From Bdellovibrionota bacterium (GTDB lineage: Bacteria; Bdellovibrionota_C; UBA2361; OMII01), in contig JBIKWQ010000004.1 in the NCBI GenBank assembly GCA_044356215.1, positions 16,205-80,204 on the forward strand: DNA of 64,000 bases, given 5' to 3'. Position numbers and translations under genes: made by a program. Below the pieces are notes generated by a model. It was given only the letters and a program-made list of their open reading frames with translations, was not told the origin of the DNA and did not search any database. Positions 40,146-49,589 of this stretch are shown piece by piece; positions within the stretch are counted from its first letter, which is position 1, and each line of letters begins with the position of its first letter.

Positions 40146-41650
40146 GAAGTTCTCTGGCGCAGGGTCGAACGGGTCGTAGGAGGGTAGTTCATCGAGAGCC
40201 TCTGACGCATCGATGAACTTCGGGATGGGGGGGAGGTGCTCGAATGGTACAAAGAGAACCGGCTAGGGCGGTAAGCTAACCGGTGTAACCAGTTTTCTAG
40301 GTCTGTATATCCATCGTGATTTCGGTCTGACATAGGGCTCCGCGGTAGCCTTAATCTTCTTGTTCGATTCGGAGATGAACGTGAGGTCCCGCCAGCCCTC
40401 AGACACCCAGATACACAGTCTTTGAGGCTCCCGGAACGGTTGGTAACATCGGATATGATCCGCTGATCGATAGGGGAGCGATTGCGCGGTCGGCTACCTA
40501 CATCCGAGATAAGTTTTGAATACGCGGCTTCGCTCGGAAGATTGTTGAAGGCACCGGAGGTAATTGGTGGATATCCGGCACGAAAGGTTTCTTCATCAAG
40601 CTTGGTTAACGACCAGGACCTGTTGCTATTTAAGTCGCCTTTTAGCTCGCTATCCTCGATATAGATCCGGCTGGAGATCGCTAGTGCGCTAGCATATATC
40701 GGAGGTGCGACAAAGCTCCATGGACCTGGAATGTAGGAGTTGCCTATGAAAGTAAGAGAAACGGGATCGGCGGTGCCGTCATTATTTGATATGTTACAGA
40801 GAGACCAAGGGCCGCGGCCCCCCCAGCCGTAAACGGTATTGTTGATCATCTCTACTGAGGCCCCCGGTTTGATATAGGGATTGCGCTCCTCGTTTGATGC
40901 AATCAGATTGTTGCGCAGCGTAATTCTCTTCGAAAGGTCGCCAATCATGACTCCTTTGCTGTGAGGTCCTTTTGGATGGATGGAGTTGTACAGCCCTTCG
41001 GCGATAAGGCAATTAGAGATAGTAACATCGTGAGTGTTAGGGTAGGCAGTTGAGATATTCTCATCAACTGCCCACGTCAATGAGAGGTGATCGACAACTA
41101 CGTTGTAGGCTGATCTCGGAGGTGCGGCGCCTATGGACACCGCGTCTCTAAACCTGGGTTCAACGCCGGTATGATTGTCTCCTGGACGGACCGCAAGATG
41201 CTGCATCAGAACGTCGTGAGTTTCGACGCTAAATCCGCCCTGAGTAATTGTAATACCGGGATTGGGGGCGGTTTGTCCTGCGATAGTTATGTACGGATGT
41301 TTAATTTTTAGGATCGACTTAAGCCTAATCTCACCCGAGATCTCAAAGACGCATGTGCGGGGTTCCTTGGCGTTGATGCATTCCCTGAGCGAGCCAGGAC
41401 CAGAGTCAGACAGACTTCGAATTCGAAAGATCCTAGTACGCGGTTTTTTTAGGTGGCGACCGCTTCCGGCCTGTGTCTCGACTCCGAATCCAGATAGCCC
41501 GGGTATTATAGGTAAATCGCGGCGTGTGTTGATGTCGGCTGCCGTTGCAGAGAGAACTTTACCCGATGCAATTGGTTCGGCTATCGAATTGAATAGTGTC
41601 GCGGCAAAAATTGCGACAGCAACAGGGGAGAGATCTTTAAGTAGGTCCAT
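40103..41650 (-). CDS. Pectate lyase-like (PL1-type) secreted protein
   Basis: GFG..TQAG.G, DSGPGSLR, TIAGQTAP..GI, VVDHLSLTWAVDE, RNP, DGYTDLENWL; the C-terminal tail is read from inserted DNA; start uncertain. Confidence 0.82.
   Translation of the reverse strand: MDLLKDLSPVAVAIFAATLFNSIAEPIASGKVLSATAADINTRRDLPIIPGLSGFGVETQAGSGRHLKKPRTRIFRIRSLSDSGPGSLRECINAKEPRTCVFEISGEIRLKSILKIKHPYITIAGQTAPNPGITITQGGFSVETHDVLMQHLAVRPGDNHTGVEPRFRDAVSIGAAPPRSAYNVVVDHLSLTWAVDENISTAYPNTHDVTISNCLIAEGLYNSIHPKGPHSKGVMIGDLSKRITLRNNLIASNEERNPYIKPGASVEMINNTVYGWGGRGPWSLCNISNNDGTADPVSLTFIGNSYIPGPWSFVAPPIYASALAISSRIYIEDSELKGDLNSNRSWSLTKLDEETFRAGYPPITSGAFNNLPSEAAYSKLISDVGSRPRNRSPIDQRIISDVTNRSGSLKDCVSGCLRAGGTSRSSPNRTRRLRLPRSPMSDRNHDGYTDLENWLHRLAYRPSRFSLYHSSTSPPSRSSSMRQRLSMNYPPTTRSTLRQRTSHGNPQRKLLTGKA
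40243..40314 (+). repeat. 72-bp direct repeat, copy 2
   Basis: Identical to 38707-38778. Confidence 0.95.
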
Positions 41651-41750
41651 CCGGAGAGAGATATCAGTCTCCGAAGTTATCAAGGATGATCCATGTTACT
41701 TGACGCGCAGATGATGCGATGTAACACATCTCTGGCGTGAGTTTCGGCGC

Positions 41751-42389
41751 TTAAGCGGATCTCTTTATGCCGCCGCTTCTTGATCTTTTTGATACGCCTG
41801 TGCCAGTTTGGCCATAGTTGAGTGCCGCAACTTTCGTGCGTGAGCTAGCTGTCACAGGGGCATTTCCTGATGCCTCTAGGCGTCCCTGAATGAGCCTCTC
41901 TCCGGCTCTGAATGAAGTCGTCGCTTTCGTATCTCCTAGCGAATCCCACGCGGCGTCTATGTTATCGTCTAGCTGCGCCGAGGCAAAAGCCAGATCTCTG
42001 ATCTGACTGGCCTCCTCTTGTGTCATTAGGGTGGAATCTACGAAGAACTTTAGTGACTCTTTAGTCGCTCGCTCAGCAGAGGCAAATCTCTCCGTTGGTG
42101 GCTTGTCTGCCATGTTAAGTTTAAAGGCTGACCGAAAATCCCTGGCTATTGAGTCCCCGAATCGATTTTTGATTAGCTGGTGAGCCGTAGCGGCAAAAAG
42201 TTCCTCTTCGTTTACCTCTCCTGGCTTAAACGTGTTGCCGAGAAGATTCCGCAAAGTGCGCCCAAACTCAGTGGTCGGGGTTGAGCTTCGAGACGGTTTT
42301 CTTCTCTGATTCCGAACGCTTAGAGCCTCTTGTGTTGGCTCTTTGCGGGCAGCTACCTTAAATTTGGGGCTAATCTTCATAGCGGTCAT
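41751..42389 (-). CDS. Hypothetical protein
   Basis: 212-aa ORF with AAGG before ATG, filling the gap; no recognised motif. Confidence 0.65.
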   Translation of the reverse strand: MTAMKISPKFKVAARKEPTQEALSVRNQRRKPSRSSTPTTEFGRTLRNLLGNTFKPGEVNEEELFAATAHQLIKNRFGDSIARDFRSAFKLNMADKPPTERFASAERATKESLKFFVDSTLMTQEEASQIRDLAFASAQLDDNIDAAWDSLGDTKATTSFRAGERLIQGRLEASGNAPVTASSRTKVAALNYGQTGTGVSKRSRSGGIKRSA

Positions 42390-42626
42390 CCTTGTGCCCT
42401 CATGGGCTTACTGCGACTATCTTGAAGAAGTTACAGCAATCTTAATGCCAGGGGCGGAGGTAGAGGCAGGGGATGGCTGGCGGAGTATTCTCTGGTGTGA
42501 CGTAGGTCGTGACACTTTGCGCGCTCTTGAGTACACTGTCGGCTGCTAGTTGCTTGAAATAGCACGATGATCTTTTATTCGTCGAGTGATTGGCAAGTCT
42601 TGGGGCGATTAACTAGGAGTTCCTTT

Positions 42627-44468
42627 ATGTGTGGTATTGTCGGATATGTCGGTGCTCAGGAAGCTTTGCCTGTAATCTTAGGGGGGCTGGAGTCACTTGA
42701 GTACCGTGGATATGACTCATCTGGGGTAGCTCTCTACAGGAACGGAGAGGTCGATATCACCCGAGCTACTGGCAAGCTCTCTGAGCTGAAGAAGGTTTTT
42801 AAAGAACGAGGAGAATCCTCAGCGGCAGGAAGTACGCTTGGGATAGGTCACACCCGTTGGGCAACTCACGGAAGGCCAACAGAGAACAACGCGCATCCGC
42901 ACTCAGCCGGACGGGTTAGTTTGATTCACAATGGAATTATAGAGAACTACCTAGAGCTTAGGGCCGACCTTCAGCGAAAGGGGTGCGTTTTTAAATCAGA
43001 TACGGACACTGAGGTAGCGGCGCACTTGCTTAATAATCTCTTAGAAGATGGCACCGAGCCATTAGAAGCTATGCGTCGTATGTGTGCGGCCGTTAGAGGT
43101 AGCTACGCGTTTCTGGCTATCGATTCTGAGACCCCAGACAGGATCTTCGTAGCAAAGAACTCGACCCCAATCATCATCGGCAGGGGAGAGGGGGAGAACT
43201 TCGTGGCTAGTGATATACCGGCGCTTTTGCAGCACACCCGAAGAATTATAGTCCTTGAGGATGGAGATCTGGCTGAGGTTAGCTCTGATTCAATATACAT
43301 CGAGAACAAGGGGTCTCCAGTTCAACGTCGTGAGGAGCGTGTCTCATGGGATCCGATCACGGCTCAGAAGGGTGGTTTTAAGCACTTTATGCTTAAGGAG
43401 ATCTTCGACCAGCCTCAAGCTGTAGCCGACACTATTCGTGGTCGTTTCTCAGTAGAGAGTGGGTCGGTGATTTTGCCTGAATTGGGGGCGCTAGATCGAA
43501 AGGCAGCCGAGCTAAAACGCGTAGTGCTGGTCGCGTGTGGTACAGCTTGGCACGCCTGTTTAGAGGGAAAGTTTTTCATAGAGCGTTTCGCGCGTATACC
43601 GTGCGATGTTGATTATGCCTCTGAGTTCCGCTATCGCTCACATCTTCTCGACGCGAATACTTTAGTAATAGCTGTTTCGCAGTCTGGAGAGACGCTTGAT
43701 ACCCTTGGCGCCATCGAGTGCGCGCGAGGAACGGCGCCGACCCTAGTTGTAAGCAACGTTGTCGGCGCCTCGATGAGTCGGCGCGCTGATATGGTTCTGT
43801 ATACCCACGCCGGACCAGAGATAAGTGTGGCATCGACTAAGGCTTTCTCAACTCAGTTGATCGCCCTTGAGTTGCTAGCGCTATTTTTGGCGGAGAAGCG
43901 TGAGACGATGTCATCTGATGATAGGAAGGCGGTCCTTCAGTCACTTGTTAACACAGCCGGAGCGATAACTCAGGCCCTAAAAATAGATGGTGATGTTATA
44001 GCGGCAGCTCGCAAGGTGGCGACCGCCAGAGATTTCCTCTTTTTAGGAAGAGGCACATGTTATCCGATTGCTCTTGAAGGAGCCCTTAAGCTCAAAGAGA
44101 TCTCATACATTCACGCCGAGGGATACCCAGCCGGTGAGATGAAGCACGGACCGATCGCTTTAATCGATGAGAAGATGCCGGTTGTAGTTGTGCTTCAGCG
44201 CGACAAGCTCCTGTTTGAAAAGACCCTTTCGAACCTCAAAGAGGTCGAGGCACGAGGAGCGCGAGTAATAGTGGTTACCGATGCCGCCGATGACCGCCTG
44301 GCGGGTTTACAGGCAGAGTCGGTGATTCGAGTTCCGTTTGTCTCGAATGAGCTGAGTCCTTTGCTGCTGAATATCCCGCTCCAGCTCCTGGCGTACCATG
44401 TCGCTGTTATGAATGGGACTGATGTAGATCTGCCGCGCAATTTGGCCAAGAGTGTGACGGTGGAGTAG
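42627..44468 (+). CDS. glmS: Glutamine-fructose-6-phosphate transaminase
   Basis: MCGIVG start, LEYRGYDS, GHTRWATHG, SQSGET, PRNLAKSVTVE; AGGAG SD. Confidence 0.98.
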   Translation: MCGIVGYVGAQEALPVILGGLESLEYRGYDSSGVALYRNGEVDITRATGKLSELKKVFKERGESSAAGSTLGIGHTRWATHGRPTENNAHPHSAGRVSLIHNGIIENYLELRADLQRKGCVFKSDTDTEVAAHLLNNLLEDGTEPLEAMRRMCAAVRGSYAFLAIDSETPDRIFVAKNSTPIIIGRGEGENFVASDIPALLQHTRRIIVLEDGDLAEVSSDSIYIENKGSPVQRREERVSWDPITAQKGGFKHFMLKEIFDQPQAVADTIRGRFSVESGSVILPELGALDRKAAELKRVVLVACGTAWHACLEGKFFIERFARIPCDVDYASEFRYRSHLLDANTLVIAVSQSGETLDTLGAIECARGTAPTLVVSNVVGASMSRRADMVLYTHAGPEISVASTKAFSTQLIALELLALFLAEKRETMSSDDRKAVLQSLVNTAGAITQALKIDGDVIAAARKVATARDFLFLGRGTCYPIALEGALKLKEISYIHAEGYPAGEMKHGPIALIDEKMPVVVVLQRDKLLFEKTLSNLKEVEARGARVIVVTDAADDRLAGLQAESVIRVPFVSNELSPLLLNIPLQLLAYHVAVMNGTDVDLPRNLAKSVTVE

Positions 44469-44511
44469 GTCGATGGTCAATCCCTAAATAGGCTTTATAT
44501 GGTCAATCCCA

Positions 44512-44636
44512 CGTGAACGTGCTCCTGCACGTGCTCGTAAACGTACCCGATTTGCCACTTCTGCCATCTTAGTTCGGCTTCTGAATGACCCTGAATTCGG
44601 GTACGTTTCTCGTTTACGTGCACGAGCACGTTCACG
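44512..44636. repeat. Long imperfect inverted repeat built from CGTNNN hexamers
   Basis: Arms 44512-44550 and 44597-44636 are near reverse complements. Confidence 0.8.
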
Positions 44637-44802
44637 AGGCTCTGGTTATCCTTGATAACTGAGCAGAGAGCTATGAAAAAATACCGCGGCGCTCCGTCGC
44701 CTAGCCTGGATATTTGCAATAATAACAGCGAGTTGACCGGCTCCGGCACCAGTCCGCATTAGATTCCCCACAAAAAATAATCATTCTCCTCATTTTAGTA
44801 CG

Positions 44803-44856
44803 TTGACTGAAGCACCCACGGCCTGTACTGTGGTGGTATGAAGTGGGTCATAGTGG
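44803..44856 (+). promoter_or_regulatory. Sigma70-type promoter with MraZ-binding repeats
   Basis: TTGACT-N17-TACTGT, then GTGG at 44833, 44843 and 44853 (10-bp period), as known for MraZ operators. Confidence 0.75.
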
Positions 44857-44936
44857 TATGTTGACCCATTATCTCTCGGTTGTTCTCTCGGTTGTTTGTT
44901 TGGTTGTTATTCCCCAAAACAACGGCGGATTGGTAG

Positions 44937-45479
44937 ATGATGGAAAAGCAGGAGGGGCAGAAGGAATCTGAAGTATCTGAGCGTTCTGCGCCTCCTGCTC
45001 GAACACCATCCCGTCCGCCGTTTGTTTCTTTTCGTGGTAATTGCGTCCACTCACTCGATGATAAAGGGCGCATAAGCCTTCCCAGTGAATTTAGAAGAGT
45101 GCTCGGTGATCAGGAGCGGCGGGGAGTCGTCCTGACCAACTACATTTCAGAGGGATCGCGCTGCATCGAGGGCTTCAGCCTGGGTGAGTGGGAGGATTTT
45201 GAGGGCCGTTTGCGGGAGAAGAGCCGCTTTAGCAGTAAATTGCAGAAGCTCGAGAACTTCTATCTGAGCCGAGCCACCGAGTGCGCGATAGACGGGAACG
45301 GGAGGATTTTAATTCCAACCTATTTGAGAGCGTACGGTGGGTTGGATCGAGAGGTGGTCTTCACCGCTTCAATACACGGATTTCGAATGTGGGATAAGCG
45401 AGTATGGGACGCGATCTTTGCCGCCTCAGAGCAGGCGTTGCTAGAGAATCCGGATCTATTCGCTGATGTGGATCTATGA
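44937..45479 (+). CDS. mraZ: Transcriptional regulator MraZ
   Basis: HSLDDKGRISLPSEFR, IDGNGRILIP; first gene of the dcw cluster. Confidence 0.95.
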   Translation: MMEKQEGQKESEVSERSAPPARTPSRPPFVSFRGNCVHSLDDKGRISLPSEFRRVLGDQERRGVVLTNYISEGSRCIEGFSLGEWEDFEGRLREKSRFSSKLQKLENFYLSRATECAIDGNGRILIPTYLRAYGGLDREVVFTASIHGFRMWDKRVWDAIFAASEQALLENPDLFADVDL

Positions 45480-46408
45480 GTGATGTTAGTAGCGAGGCGG
45501 TGCATATCCCCGTTTTGCTCCATGAGGTGGTAGAGCAGCTAAGAGCGGAGAAAGGTGGCATGTTCCTCGATTGTACCTTAGGTGGTGGCGGACATACGCG
45601 GGCGATCCTAGACGCCTCTCCGGATAGCTGGGTGGTATCTTTAGACAGAGATCAGAGAGCCATTCGTCGAGCTGAGACTTGGGCGGGTCGTTACGCTGAA
45701 CGACTACGCCTGATTCACGCGCCGTTCTCTCAGGCTGCTGACGTGGTCGATCTAAGTAAGTTCGATGGGATTCTCGCTGATCTAGGCATGTCAACTGACC
45801 AGTTGCGCGAGGGGCGGGGCTTCTCCTTTGCCGACGAGGGCTTTCTTGATATGCGGATGGACGAATCCTCGCCCATCACAGCGAGTGATTTTATCAACAG
45901 TGCTTCTGAGCGTGAGCTGTTTTTAGCTCTCGCTGAGGGCGGTGTCGGCTCTTCCGCGCGGCAATTAACCAGATTTTTGATTTCGCGGCGCCCGTACGAG
46001 AGCGCTAAAAACTTAGCTGAAGTAGTCAAAGAGTCCCATTTAGGCAAGAAAAGCGGCTCGAAAGTTCATCCGGCGACAGTAGTCTTTCAGGCGCTCAGGA
46101 TGAAGGTTAATCGTGAGCGTGAGGAGATTCTGGCGCTCATGGGAGCGGCCCCAAAGTTAGTCAAGGGATCGGGATCCAGACTAGCCGTAATCACATTTCA
46201 TTCGATCGAAGACACATTGGTAGCGCGAGAAATGCGACGTTGGGAGGCCGCCGGAAGTTATCCAGCCTCGTGGCGTGGTCCGCGAGATGAGAGACGTATA
46301 GGCGTTGTAAATCCGCGCAAGCCAGTGTGTCCGAGTGAAGATGAAGTGCGGCGAAATCCAGCGTCACGCAGCGCGCGTCTGCGTGTGTTTGAGTTCGCGG
46401 AAAAATAA
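45476..46408 (+). CDS. rsmH: 16S rRNA m4C1402 methyltransferase
   Basis: HIPVLL, DCTLGGGGH, LDMRMD, FQALRMKVN, ITFHSIED, NPASRSARLR. Confidence 0.97.
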   Translation: MSDVSSEAVHIPVLLHEVVEQLRAEKGGMFLDCTLGGGGHTRAILDASPDSWVVSLDRDQRAIRRAETWAGRYAERLRLIHAPFSQAADVVDLSKFDGILADLGMSTDQLREGRGFSFADEGFLDMRMDESSPITASDFINSASERELFLALAEGGVGSSARQLTRFLISRRPYESAKNLAEVVKESHLGKKSGSKVHPATVVFQALRMKVNREREEILALMGAAPKLVKGSGSRLAVITFHSIEDTLVAREMRRWEAAGSYPASWRGPRDERRIGVVNPRKPVCPSEDEVRRNPASRSARLRVFEFAEK

Positions 46409-46498
46409 ATTTTTGAAGTTAAAAATATTCGCGTCATGTCACTTTTGGTAGCGACAGAATTTGAAGAACAAAGTACATTCTAAAGATTAGGGTTTTAT

Positions 46499-46816
46499 AT
46501 GGCAGTATGTTTGCAGTATCAGTCGGTTTACGTTAAGCGAGAGGCTGCGGTGGTTTCTCTAAGAGTGCAGATCGTCGCGGCGGTCGCTCTCTTGCTCGTG
46601 TTAGGCGCACGAGTTTGGGTCAAGTTAGAGGCGACGGACCTTGGGTATCAGTTGGCGCGTGAGCGCTCACGAACCATCGAATTGGACATGGAGCGTCGTG
46701 AGCTTGAGCTTCAACGTTCAGTTTTGCTTAGACCCGATGCGTTAAGCGCTTCAGCGAGAAAGATGGCTCACCTCGAGGAGCACATGGCTGAGAGAAGTTT
46801 TCGCGTCGCGTACTGA
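46499..46816 (+). CDS. ftsL: Cell division protein FtsL-like
   Basis: Single TM plus leucine-zipper-like coiled-coil; lies between rsmH and ftsI. Confidence 0.7.
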   Translation: MAVCLQYQSVYVKREAAVVSLRVQIVAAVALLLVLGARVWVKLEATDLGYQLARERSRTIELDMERRELELQRSVLLRPDALSASARKMAHLEEHMAERSFRVAY

Positions 46817-46898
46817 TCCCGCTAAACGGGATTCCATGGGACCAGGAGCTTCCCGAGAAAGGGATGATTGTTTAGGTATCAGTGATTTGATCAGTTAG

Positions 46899-48827
46899 AT
46901 GTCCGCTCAGATAAAGCTTCCATTCGAATCCTCAACTCTAAAGGCCGCCAGAATAGCGGAGCCAGAATTACCGTATTCGGCTAAACGCAAGGATTCATTG
47001 ATCGGCGTGGATTTCGCGATGTTGAGGAGATCTCCGGCGTCGATAGCGGAGCTGGCCTCGAAGCGCCCAATGCGGCTCCGATTGGTTGGCATCGCCGCTA
47101 TTTTATGGACCGGGATTTTGGTGGCTAGGTTGTATAGCTTGCAGGTTTCGGACGTCGAACGGTGGCAGGACTGGGCGATTAAGCAGCATGTAGCCGATGT
47201 TGAGGTGGCATCTGAACGAGGGCCTGTTATAGATCGTAACGGCAAGCTAGTCGCGGTGTCGGTTCCGGCGGAGTCAATTTATATTCGGCCTAGACAGGTT
47301 AGAGATAAGCAGCGAGTTGTTAAAGAGCTTTCAAAGGCTCTTGGTGTTAAGCCGATACATATAGCCGAGAAGCTAGTCAGCAAACAGCCGTTTGTCTGGG
47401 TCAAGCGTCAGATGCCGAGGTACGACGCGCGCAAGGTCACTGAACTTAATCTGGCTGGCGTGGGTAGTGTTTTGGAGTCGAAGCGATTTTATCCTTATAA
47501 CAATGCAGCTAGCTCGCTGATTGGTAAGGTCGGTACCGATGGAGTGGGGTTGTCAGGGATCGAGAAGGTCTATGAGAGGAGACTCAAGCAAGACCATATA
47601 AAGACTCGGGCAGGACGCGATGCCCTTGGTAAAATTATCCACACAGGATTGGGCGAGGATGGGCAACCTTTCGCGCCCCCTCGGGGACACGAGCTTAAGT
47701 TAACGATCGACGCCGATCTGCAGATTATCATGGATGAGGAGCTTGAGCTCGGGCGCAAAGAAGCGAACGCCAAGCAGGCCATGGCGGTGATGGTGGACTC
47801 GGATACAGGAGAGATCGTGGCGCTGAGTCAATCGCCAAGCTTTAACTTCAATAATCCCTCTAAATCCTCGAAGAACGAGTTAAGGAATCTTTTAGTGGAG
47901 GCGGTTTTTGAGCCGGGCTCGGTGATGAAGCCACTCGTAGCCGCGGCGGCGATAGACGCTGGAGTTGTAAAGCCTCAAGATATGATCGATTGCGAGATGG
48001 GACGTTTCCCTTTTTCTAAGCATACGATTAAGGACGTCCACCCATCTGGTGTTATATCATTCCACGATGTCGTCGTGCGCTCATCTAATATCGGGATGAC
48101 AAAGGTTGGAATACGCATGGGGAGCGAGCGGCTTTACGATTACCTTCGGAAATTCGGCTTCGGGCGTTCCAGTGGTTTGGGGCTGCCAGGGGAATCTTCG
48201 GGAATTCTGCGCTCTGAGCCAAGCTGGAGCAAGGTTGATGTGGCCACGCACTCTTTCGGGCAGGGAGTTGCTGTCACTCCTCTACAGGTTGTCAGGGCAG
48301 TTGCGGCGATCGCTAACGGCGGAATCCTTCCACAGCTATCAGTTACAATAGATGATAACGGGATACCAGAGGGGCAGCGTATCGTCTCTGAGAGGGCGGC
48401 TAGCGCGGCCCGCGAAATGATGTACGGAGTAGTTGAGGACGAGCACGGGACCGGAGCTAAGGCAGCTGTTCCGAATATCCGTGTTGGAGGCAAGACCGGA
48501 ACAGCTCAAAAAGCGTCTCCAAGTGGCCGTGGCTATCAACCTGGCACCTATGTGGCCTCGTTTGTTGGTTTCGCTGATGGAGGGTCCATCGGCGTAGGTC
48601 GAAATCTTACCACTATGGTTATTATAGACGAGCCTCACGCTAAGAGTATATACGGCGGTACTTTGGCGGCTCCAGTTTTCCAAAAAGTAATGGATAGGAG
48701 CTTCAAGTTTTTAGCGACCAAGAGCCAGCTAGGAGTGGGGCGTTCTCGCGAGCCACTGATAGTGCCAAATGAGCCTATAGAGATTAAAGATGAGGAGCTG
48801 TTTACAGCGTCTTATAAGGTGCCATAG
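46899..48827 (+). CDS. ftsI: Class B penicillin-binding protein (FtsI/PBP3)
   Basis: RGPVIDRNG, EPGSVMK (SxxK), SSN (SxN), KTGTAQK; dcw position; start uncertain. Confidence 0.9.
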   Translation: MSAQIKLPFESSTLKAARIAEPELPYSAKRKDSLIGVDFAMLRRSPASIAELASKRPMRLRLVGIAAILWTGILVARLYSLQVSDVERWQDWAIKQHVADVEVASERGPVIDRNGKLVAVSVPAESIYIRPRQVRDKQRVVKELSKALGVKPIHIAEKLVSKQPFVWVKRQMPRYDARKVTELNLAGVGSVLESKRFYPYNNAASSLIGKVGTDGVGLSGIEKVYERRLKQDHIKTRAGRDALGKIIHTGLGEDGQPFAPPRGHELKLTIDADLQIIMDEELELGRKEANAKQAMAVMVDSDTGEIVALSQSPSFNFNNPSKSSKNELRNLLVEAVFEPGSVMKPLVAAAAIDAGVVKPQDMIDCEMGRFPFSKHTIKDVHPSGVISFHDVVVRSSNIGMTKVGIRMGSERLYDYLRKFGFGRSSGLGLPGESSGILRSEPSWSKVDVATHSFGQGVAVTPLQVVRAVAAIANGGILPQLSVTIDDNGIPEGQRIVSERAASAAREMMYGVVEDEHGTGAKAAVPNIRVGGKTGTAQKASPSGRGYQPGTYVASFVGFADGGSIGVGRNLTTMVIIDEPHAKSIYGGTLAAPVFQKVMDRSFKFLATKSQLGVGRSREPLIVPNEPIEIKDEELFTASYKVP

Positions 48828-48872
48828 TTAAGATTCACCACACCTGGTTGGTATTTTTTTATAGCGGCGTTT

Positions 48873-49589
48873 ATGTCTGATTACGTTGATTATCTTGATC
48901 GAATTTCGGCTCCTAAGACTTTTAATCGAAAGTGTCAGTGGCTTAGGCATAATTTTGGATCCCTATTTGAGGCTAATCAAAAAATCCTAGAGATAGGACC
49001 AGGTCTAGGCGAGTTTATCAGCTTCGTTTCTGAGAAGGGGGATCCTGTAATAGACGTGATCGACAGAGATCAAGGTGTCCTCGACCGAGTTAAATCTAAA
49101 TTCAAGGTACGTAACGCGTGGAGATGTTCGGCTGAGGAGATGGGAGAGCTCGAAGGGCAGCTTGACCGTTATGATAGAGTTTTTTTGTTGCAGGTAATGG
49201 AGCACATCGAGACTAGATCTCTTCCCGGGTTCCTAAGGGCCCTTTATAAGAGCCTCGCTCCCGGCGGCTTAATAGTAATTACCGTGCCAAATGGTGGTAA
49301 CCCTTTAAGCATAGTGGAGCGATATTCGGATATTACGCACCACAACTTATTTAGCGAGAACTCTCTTAAGCAGTTGGTTGAGATGAGCGATTTAAAGGGA
49401 GCTACCTGCCGTGTTCAGGGCTATTCAATTCCTCCTGTATCCACGATCGATATTATAAGAAAAGTGGCCCGAAAGGTTTTGCACCTGACTCTAAAGGGAG
49501 TCATGGCTGTTAACGGCGGTGTGTTTTTCTCGATTTACGATCCGAACATAACGCTAATAATTGAGAAACCGAGAGATGCAAATAGTTGA
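48873..49589 (+). CDS. Class I SAM-dependent methyltransferase
   Basis: ILEIGPGLG, VMEHI, LAPGGLIVITVPN, DITH. Confidence 0.85.
   Translation: MSDYVDYLDRISAPKTFNRKCQWLRHNFGSLFEANQKILEIGPGLGEFISFVSEKGDPVIDVIDRDQGVLDRVKSKFKVRNAWRCSAEEMGELEGQLDRYDRVFLLQVMEHIETRSLPGFLRALYKSLAPGGLIVITVPNGGNPLSIVERYSDITHHNLFSENSLKQLVEMSDLKGATCRVQGYSIPPVSTIDIIRKVARKVLHLTLKGVMAVNGGVFFSIYDPNITLIIEKPRDANS

Noticed and set aside
38707..40314. CRISPR array or IS element as explanation for the 72-bp repeats
   Set aside because: Only two copies 1.5 kb apart, both made of coding sequence; no cas genes, transposase or terminal inverted repeats
42390..42626. glmS ribozyme upstream of glmS
   Set aside because: I could not find the conserved core segments by eye; an Rfam covariance search would be decisive
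44495..44749. 84-aa ORF with a HVQEHVHV repeat
   Set aside because: It is an artefact of translating the hexameric inverted repeat
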